A DNA stretch of 61,945 nucleotides, counting the filler. It is 7 parts of 7 records of this genome, joined end to end, with 100 filler letters (N's around TTAATTAATTAA, not from the genome) between each part and the next. Parts side by side here need not be neighbours in the genome. Positions count along the whole stretch, not along the records: positions 47,953 to 56,620 come from SRR31147125_15912; positions 56,721 to 61,945 come from SRR31147125_15920; 5 more parts are not named here. One strand, given 5' to 3'. Each line of letters opens with the position of its first letter. Position 1 is the stretch's first letter. This document shows, one piece after another, positions 53,531 to 61,945 of this stretch. Made by a program: the position numbers and the translations under genes. The notes beneath the pieces are model-generated. The model saw only the letters and a list, made by a program, of their open reading frames with translations. It ran no database searches and had not been told where the DNA came from.

Positions 53531-56500
53531 ATGAGTGCTGTTCCTAATTTTAAAATAAAATGTAAAATATACTTACTTTTTCTAATCATTGGAATTATCC
53601 CACTTTTTACTTCCGGCAATGAGTCGCTAAATAACGATTCGTACAAATTTGTACACCTCGATATAAACAACGGGCTTTCAAATAATCAGGTTCGTGCCAT
53701 ATTAAAAGATTCCCGTGGTTTTATGTGGTTTGGTACCGCACGCGGATTAAACCGTTTCGACGGAACCAACTTTAAAACATACCTCCTGAACTTATACGAT
53801 TCAACTTCGATTCCTTTTAACAGTATCGATTTTTTATTTGAAGATTTAGATAAAAATATTTGGATTCGTTCGTTACAGGATTTTGTCATTTACAATCCTA
53901 CTGATGAGTCATTTACAAGAATAGGTACTCATTATAAAAATACTTCAATCCCTCTTTCATCTTTACAAACTTTGTACGCCGATAAAAAAGAAAATTTATG
54001 GTTTGTTACAGCTAACTTCGGGTTATATAAATATTCAAACCATACTAAAAAAGTTGATTCGGTAAAATATACTCCTGAATACCAGGGGAAAAACAACACT
54101 AATTATTTAAACGACATTCAAGAAGATTCCAACGGAAACCTTTGGGTAGTTTCAAATTCCGGCGTAATTCTGCAAATATCTCCATTTGACTATCAGATAC
54201 TTCAATCATTTCAATTAAATGAAGCGGTAAAAAACGAAACAAACAGTTTTAACCTTTTTATTGATAATGACGATGATGTTTGGATTTATTCTCCGGGAAT
54301 GCCCTATGGTGTTTTTTGTATTAAATCATCAACCGGTGAAATGAAAAATTACACCGATTTTTCACATCCCATAACCTTAAACAATAACCATGTAACTTCG
54401 GTTGAACAAAATACCGATGACCTTATTTGGGTTGCTACCGATCATGGCGGAATAAATATAATTAACAAGCAAAATAACTCGGTTAATTATATTACCAATA
54501 ATAGAGAAGATCCATATAGTTTAAGTCAAAATAGTGTAACATATTTATATAAAGATTCTGAAAATATAATTTGGACAGGAACCTATAAACGGGGTATCAA
54601 TTATTTTCACAATAATCTAATACGTTTTAATCATATTAATCAAACTCCCTCGAATTCAAATAGCCTGCCTTTTAACGATGTGAATTGTTTTGTTGAAGAT
54701 AACAACGGGAATTTATGGATTGGAACCAATGGTGGAGGTCTAATTTTTTTAACCGTACAAACAATACATTTACATCATACACCCACAATCCTAATAATAA
54801 CAAAAGTATAAGCAATAATATAGTTGTATCGTTATATATCGATAAAAGCGGTGCATTATGGATTGGAACTTATTATGGCGGGTTAAACCGCTTCGACGGT
54901 CAATCGTTTACACATTTCAGACACAATCCCGACGATGAAACATCGCTGTCGGACGATCGGGTTTGGGAGATTTTTGAAGACTCGAATCGAAATTTCTGGA
55001 TAGGCACGTTAAACGGGGGACTTAATTTATTCGATCGCGAACAGAACATTTTTTACAACTACAAAGTAGAAAATGTAAATTCGGTTGGTTCAAATTTTAT
55101 CATTTCAATAATAGAAGATTCACAAAATAATCTATGGTTAGGTACTTCTGATGGATTAGATCGGTTGGATTTGGGTACAAAAAGATTCTATCATTATGCT
55201 CCCGAACCGGGAACAATTGGAAAATTAAGCGATAAGAACGCGGTTGATCTTCTTGAAGATGGAAGAGGATTAATCTGGATTGCAACCCAGCAAGGTTTAA
55301 ACGTTTTAGATAAAAACACATCGCAATTCCGCAATTTTACTGAAAACGAAGGATTAATAAGTTCAAATATTAAAACAATCCAGGAGGATCAACAAGGTAA
55401 CCTTTGGATTTCAACAACAAATGGTCTGTCAAAAATAACGATTACAACCTACGAACAATCTATTGAAAGTCTGGTAATTAAAGTAGTTAACTTTAATTTA
55501 CTCGATGGACTCCAGGGAAAAGAATTTAACGAAAAAGCTGCTTACCGAACTCGCTCCGGAGAATTAATTTTTGGAGGTGCAAATGGATTTAATCTTTTTA
55601 TTCCTGAAAATATAAAAGAACAATCCACCGAAAATAAAATTGTATTAACCAGTTTCAAAGTGTTTAATCAGGAAGTGTTTGTGAATACTCCATTCCGAAA
55701 CCGGATTATTCTCGATAAATCAATAACCGAACAGGAAAAAATTACACTTCGGCATAAAGAAAATGTTTTTTCTTTTGAATTTGCAGCCTTGAATTTTTTC
55801 CATCCCGAGAAAAACGCATTTGAATACCGTTTAAGGGGTTTTAACGAAGAGTGGTTACCGGTAAATGAAGGCACAAATGATATTACTTTTACAAACCTGA
55901 ATGCCGGTGAATATGAATTGGAAATCAGGGTAACCAATGATGGACAAAACTGGGCAGAAATGAATCCTTCGTTAATCGTTGAAATTCACCCCCATTCTGG
56001 AAAAGTAATTATGCATTTATTATCTATTTCATTCTTTTTATTCTAATTATTTATTTTTCAAGAAGAATGATGCTGGAACGACATCGGTTAAAATTTGAAG
56101 CAGAACAGGAACATCGCGAAGCAGAACGAATCCAGCAACTTGATGCTTGGAAAACACGGTTTTTTACAAATATTAGTCATGAGTTCAGAACACCACTTTC
56201 ACTAATTATTTCACCGCTTGAAAAAATTATTGCACAAACCAAAGAAGAAGAGAATAAAAACCATTTGATTTTAATTCACCGCAACGCCCGACGATTATTA
56301 GCCATGGTTAACCAGCTGCTCGACTTTAGAAAAATGGAAGTTCAGAAACTGGAAGCTAAAAAAAGCTGGGGAAATATGGTGGAGTTTATTAAAGATGTTG
56401 GTTTAACTTTTGAGGATTTGGTACAGAACAAACAAATCGACTATAATTTTGATTCAGAGGAGCAGGAACTTCTCACCTTTTTCGACAAAGACAAAACCGA

Positions 56501-56620
56501 CAAAATTATATCGAATTTATTGTCTAATGCATTCAAGTTTACACCGGAAAAAGGGAAAGTATCGTTAGAAATAAAAATCATTCATGAAAATTCAGAAGTA
56601 AAAAAAGCCACAGTAATTTG
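53531..56620 (+). CDS. Hybrid two-component sensor (HTCS), frameshifts near 54745 and 55990, 3' truncated
   Basis: Repeated D..G.LWIGT..GL propeller motifs, Y_Y_Y domain (FTNLNAGEY), HisKA FFTNISHEFRTPL, NLLSNAFKFT. Confidence 0.92.
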
Positions 56621-56720
56621 NNNNNNNNNNNNNNNNNNNNNNNNNNNNNNNNNNNNNNNNNNNNTTAATTAATTAANNNNNNNNNNNNNNNNNNNNNNNN
56701 NNNNNNNNNNNNNNNNNNNN

Positions 56721-59700
56721 TTTTTGTACATATTTGTTCGAGTAATAGTTTGCTTCATTTTCAGCATCTGAAATAACTAGTTTTTCTTCGCTATTAAAGA
56801 CATAATTCACTACAGGCTCTAAAATCTCGCGATATTTTGAAAGCTCAATTCTATCAGTATTTGAATGTTTTGATTCAGTGTTGCTTTCAATAAGAATATA
56901 ATCTTTGTTATCTTCTTTAACTATGAATAAACCTCGTTCAGCACCTGCATTCTCGATAACTAGTTGCATCATTTTATTTAGTAGACTACTGGTTTTTATC
57001 TCTTTTGACAGGACTTGGGATGCCTTAACCATAGTGCTAAAGTCAAGAGTCTCTTGTATTGTTGATGATGAAAGTGTACCAAAGCGAGTGTTCTCTAAAT
57101 TATCAAAATCCTGAAGGAAGGCTCTTTCTTCAAGGTAATTGGAATATTTACTTATCATTAAATTAATTTTTCTTTTTGCTTCCCACTTTTTATACTTAAG
57201 AATAGCTTCATTTAGGAATATTTTTGCTAATTTTTCACTATCATTTTCAAGCCAAAACTTTGCATATAGTTCGTTGGCAAGAGCTTCTTCCTGCATAAAT
57301 GAATTTATTTTTGCAGATTTTATAGCTAACTCAAAATATCTAATAGTTTCAGCAAAGTTATCTAATATTCTGAACCTCTCAGCTTGAAGAATATAGAGTT
57401 TATGCTCACAGTTTTCTTTAGCTGTAGAGTTAAAGAGTTGGAGCTTATTAATGGCCTCATCAATGTAATCAATATCTGCTATCTGCTCAGCTATTGTTTT
57501 TGATTTATAAAGAGCAGTTTTGGTTAGACCTGAATAAAACCAAAATTGAACGATATCAAATTGTGGTGCTATCCACGCAATATATTCTTTAGCTTTCTCA
57601 ATATAAGTTTCAGCTATTTTGTAGTCATCGTAGATATAGTGAAGATACAGCTTCATTATATAATGTAGAGAAATCTGAAGGTTTAAGCCGTTTTCATGCC
57701 ATTCCTTTAATTTTAACACTTCGGTTTCTTTATTAGTATTCAGCAAATATTTATCTTTGTTTAGCTCCATAAGGCTAAGAATGCTATGTCTCATATTCGT
57801 ATAAAACTCAAACATTCCGGTGTGTTTAGTTTTTTCCATGAAATTGATACAGATATCTGCATGTTTTTTGGCAGAACTTAGCTTAGTTCCTTTGTAAAAA
57901 AGATATCTTCCTGATATAGCTTTTGCGTAATTGGAATAGTTGATATCTCCAGAGCTATTACCATAATCAAAAGCCTTAGCAAGAGTGTCAATTGAGTTAC
58001 TAAGGTGTTCTCTCCAAAACTGAATAAAACCACCAAACATATGGTACGTTCTACACATGATCTGTGAATTTCTGCTCTTCTCCACAAGCTCTATAGCGGC
58101 TTTACCAAATGCATATCCCTCATCAATCTTAGACTGTGAGACAAGCATTACTCCCCACCAGATATAACCAGATGGAGTAGAATCAGAATTACCGTAAATT
58201 ATAGATAGATTTACCTGTAAAAGAATAAGAAGGTTTAACATATTGGGATTTCCAAGGTATGCTGCATCGATCATCTTCTCTAAAAACTCTATACAAATTT
58301 CTTTTTCTTGAGAATTTACTCTTTCAAGTTGCGCTAACTCATTTATATTATGAATTTGAGAATAATTATGATATTTATCTTGTTCAATTTTATATAACTT
58401 TTCAATTGCTTTCTTATCATTTTGACATGGTAGTGTAATTCCCCACTCAGCTAAAGCTTTTAATCCTATATCTATACTCTCTTTAAACTTATTTATACTG
58501 ATATAATATAAAATCATAATTTTGTAAACATTGTATCTATCTTGCCTATTTTTAGACTTTTGAAGAAGTATGTTGAACTTTATTTCCGCTTCCTCGAAAT
58601 TTCTACCAAGATATTCTGCTTCTGCATTTTCGAGATGAAGTTTATATGCTAAGTCATAGTGTTCTATCCATAAATTTTCTCCCAATAAACTAATTCCAGT
58701 ATTACTATGAAGTGCAGAGATTTTATAAGCGTTGGATTTTATCTCTTTGCTAGCTGCTAAATAATTTAACTCAGCTAGCTTTATTTTTTCATCTTGATCT
58801 ATGATTAGATTTATTCCTTTGTTCAGATGTTCAAGCACAAAAAAGATTCTTTCCTCAAGTTCGTTTTCACTATAATTTTGAAGAAGTAATTTTCCTATTA
58901 TTAGGTGAATAGTTTTTTTTTGTTCCTCGGGAATAAGAGCATATGCTGCCTGTTGAACTCTGTCATGGAGAAATTTATCGGTAATATGTAATCGAAGTAA
59001 CTCTTCGGAACTGTAAGTATTACTGTCATCAAAGCTAGATAATATCTTGTGCCCAGCCCCAATAGGAATAATAAAGCCCTCTTTTACTGCCGGCCATAAA
59101 TCTTTTGCACTTTGTTTGATATTGCTCCTGCTAATATATGATAGCGTAGACAGCTCAAAATGATTACCAATACACGCTCCTAAACTAAGGATTTTTGGGT
59201 TCTCTTTGGGAGTTTCTTTAGGTTTTTAAGCATAAATTCAACAACATTTCCTGTAATATTTTGTTCCTCTATGAGATTTATATCCCATCTCCATCTAAGT
59301 TTATCAAAATCAAAATATATCAATTTCTCTTTGGCTAGTGTATTTAGAAACTCCTTTGTAAAGAAAGGGTTACCACCTGTTTTTTGAAAAGTGAGCTCAC
59401 TTAAATCTTTAGTAACATCTTTATCTTCAATTATTGTTTCTGATATTAGTCGGTTAACGTGTTCTTTTTTTAGAGGTTTTAGATTAAAATTAGTTATAAA
59501 AACCTCTTCTTTTATGTCCTCTATCATTGAGTTTAATGGGTGAGATAAAAATACGTCATCATCTCTATATGCTCCGATGAACATGAAATTTTTAAGTTTA
59601 ATGTCTTTTAGTACTGTTTTTAGAATATTTAAAGTAGCAGTATCTACCCACTGTAAATCATCTAAAAAAATGATGAGAGGGTGATTTTTATTTGCAAAAA

Positions 59701-61021
59701 CTTTGAAAAACTCCTTAAAAGTATGTTTAAATCTATTTTGGGTTTCAATGGAAGAGAGAGTTTGCACCCCACACTGTTTTCCTAATAATATTTCGAGTTC
59801 AGGGATTACACCACATAATAACTTCCCATTATCACCTAGCGCGGATTTTAATCTGTTTTTTATCTTTTCCAATTTAGATTCATTTTCTCCAAGGACTAAT
59901 CTTATTAGTTCACGAAGGGCAGAGATTAAAGCACTGTAGGGTACATCCTTTTGAAATTGATCAAACTTCCCCGAAACAAAGTAACCTCTATTTTTTGAGA
60001 TTGATTTATGCACTTCATTTATTAAAGCTGACTTACCAATTCCTGAATATCCAGAGACAAGAATAACTTCTGAGTTTCCTTCTAGTATATTATCAGCTTT
60101 CTCTATAAGTCTTCTTTTTTCCTCTTCTCTACCATATAACTTTTGTGGGATTTGAAATTCATTTTTTTTATCCTCTTGTGCAATAACAAAATTAACATCC
60201 TCCAATTTTTCGCAGATGTTATGGTATAGTTTTTTTAAATCAGAAAGAAGACCAAAATTAGATTGATACCTTTTTTCAGTGCTTTTCTCCAATAGCTTTA
60301 ATAGAATTTTAGAAAGAGTTACTGGAATATCATGATTATAAAAATGAGGATATGCTGGTTTTTTAGCGATATGAAAATGAACCGTCTCCATGGCGTCTTC
60401 AGCATTAGGGAATAGTTTTTGTCCAGTAAATAATTTATAAAAGGTTGCTCCTAATGAGTAGAAATCAGTTCTAAAATCAATGGGGGTGTTCATTCGACCA
60501 GTTTGCTCTGGTGAAAGGTAGCTGATAGTTCCCTCTAACAGATTTGGGTTTTTAATCTCCTGGATTTCACTATTTAGTTTGGTAGAGAGTCCAAAGTCAA
60601 TAATACAGAGTTCTTCAATATTATCAGTGATTAGGATGTTATTTGGGTTGATATCTTTATGAATAATCCCTTCTTTATGGATATTACCTAATATTTCAGT
60701 TGTTTTAATAAAAATCTTGAGTTTATCTTCGATGCTTCTATTCATAAATTTTGATAAAGTTTTTCCATCGAAGTACTCCTCCACAATAGCCGGAACATTA
60801 TTAATTTCTATAAAATCGAAAGTTTTTACAACTCCGTCGATATTCAAATCTTTTAATAGCTCATATTCATATCTAAACTTAAGAACTTGTTCAGGGTTGG
60901 AATAGTCTGTGTTTAGAGTTTTAATAGCGACAAAACTATTATTAACACGATTTATTCCCTGATATACAATTGTTGAGTTTAGTTCTGATATAGTATTTAT
61001 AATTTCATATTTACTATTCAT
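56721..61021 (-). CDS. Ser/Thr kinase-AAA ATPase-TPR-like-GAF multidomain sensor, frameshift near 59185, 3' truncated
   Basis: VAIK, HKDINPNN, DFGLS, YLSPEQ; GYSGIGKS, FLDDLQW, TGGNPFF; FLHDRVQQAAY in the bridging frame; GAF start IENAGAERG. Confidence 0.9.
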
Positions 61022-61150
61022 ATAATCAATCCGCCTATCATAAAATATATAATAAATGTTATTTTTAATTGTTTTTCTACTATTTAATATTACTATCAAT
61101 TGGTCTAAAAAGCAAAATAACATTGAGATTTAATCGTTTATATAAAAATC

Positions 61151-61179
61151 CCCTTTGTAGGAAAATTTCCTACAAAGGG
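61151..61179 (-). terminator. Intrinsic terminator after the HAD gene
   Basis: Perfect 14-bp inverted repeat CCCTTTGTAGGAAA-A-TTTCCTACAAAGGG. Confidence 0.8.
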
Positions 61180-61189
61180 AAAAATATTA

Positions 61190-61876
61190 TTATTTAACGA
61201 TATCAATTATCTCGCTTAATTTCTTTATCTCATATTTTGGAGTTAAACTAGTTGTATTCGTTTTTTCGCTTGGGTTAAACCAGCATGTATCAATATTTGC
61301 ATTAATTCCACCCTCTATATCTGAACTTAAATTGTCCCCTATCATCAGTACATTTTCTCGCTTAGTAAAATTTAGTTTCTTTAGTGTAATATCAAATATT
61401 TCTGCATCTGGTTTTTTTGATTTAACTTCCTCTGAGATAATAATCTCTTCGAAATAGTGGGCTATTTCAGATTGGCGGATTCTAATATTCTGAACAGCTG
61501 TTAAGCCATTTGTGACAATAACTAATCTGTAATTTTCCTTTAGATTCTCAAGTAGCTCAAAACTCTCAGGGTAGATTATAGAGCTGTGAGCTAGATTATG
61601 CATATACAATCTAGCAAATTCAGCAGGGTCAAAGCTCATTTTAGCGAGCTCTCCAAACCTCTTAAATCGTTCAACCTTTAACTTATCTTGCGTAATCAAA
61701 CCTTTTTCAAGCTCTTTCCATATTTTAGAGTTAACCTCTTTATATATTCTTAGATGATAATCTTTATCAAATAAAAATCCTAGCTCAGTTAGAGCTTTTT
61801 CAAAGGATTCGTCCTGACTTTTGTTAAAGTCAAAAAGTGTCTCATCTGCATCAAATAATAATAGTTCGTATCTCAT
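61190..61876 (-). CDS. YjjG-family HAD pyrimidine nucleotidase
   Basis: FDADETLFDF, VTNG, KPD..IF, MIGDNLSSDIEGG. Confidence 0.92.
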   Translation of the reverse strand: MRYELLLFDADETLFDFNKSQDESFEKALTELGFLFDKDYHLRIYKEVNSKIWKELEKGLITQDKLKVERFKRFGELAKMSFDPAEFARLYMHNLAHSSIIYPESFELLENLKENYRLVIVTNGLTAVQNIRIRQSEIAHYFEEIIISEEVKSKKPDAEIFDITLKKLNFTKRENVLMIGDNLSSDIEGGINANIDTCWFNPSEKTNTTSLTPKYEIKKLSEIIDIVK

Positions 61877-61945
61877 TGTTTATTCTCCTTTTATATATTT
61901 ATAAAAAGCTTTGCCTAACGTCATAATTTTCTAATAATCAGTTAT

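Overview
This window is not one locus. It is seven contigs joined by artificial N-TTAATTAATTAA-N linkers, apparently from several different bacteria, with many homopolymer-type frameshifts that look like sequencing errors. (1) 1-6043: clpS, clpP, a SulP-STAS-cNMP transporter, a Tat-lipoprotein sulfatase and a YhhN protein. (2) 6145-11794, deltaproteobacterial-like accessory DNA: a partial integron attC site directly followed by a ~1 kb unit holding only a tyrosine recombinase, then an IS3-type scar, a PAS protein, a tRNA-Pro att scar, a ThsB-like TIR protein without its catalytic Glu, and a divergent C45 peptidase/TetR pair with an operator. (3) 11895-23691: a replication-origin region (dnaA-oriC-dnaN-recF-dciA-gyrB-gyrA) whose GyrA lacks the GyrA-box. 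(4) 23792-41558, low-GC and Acholeplasma/Izemoplasma-like (code 11): an M6 protease, DNA-damage genes, a SAM-I-controlled metNIQ operon, mscL, and a compact type II-A CRISPR-Cas9 locus (cas9-tracrRNA-cas1-cas2-csn2-leader-first repeat). (5) 41659-47852: Bacteroidota GH2, GH3, AraC and aldolase. (6) 47953-56620: a Bacteroidota xyloglucan-type PUL (SGBP, GH5, GH31, HTCS). (7) 56721-61945: a Ser/Thr kinase-AAA-GAF sensor and a YjjG HAD hydrolase. The best novelty candidates are the attC-associated single-gene recombinase element, the Cas9 system whose guide scaffold can be read directly, and the origin-linked GyrA without a GyrA-box. All taxonomic and family calls come from motif recognition; no database search was run.
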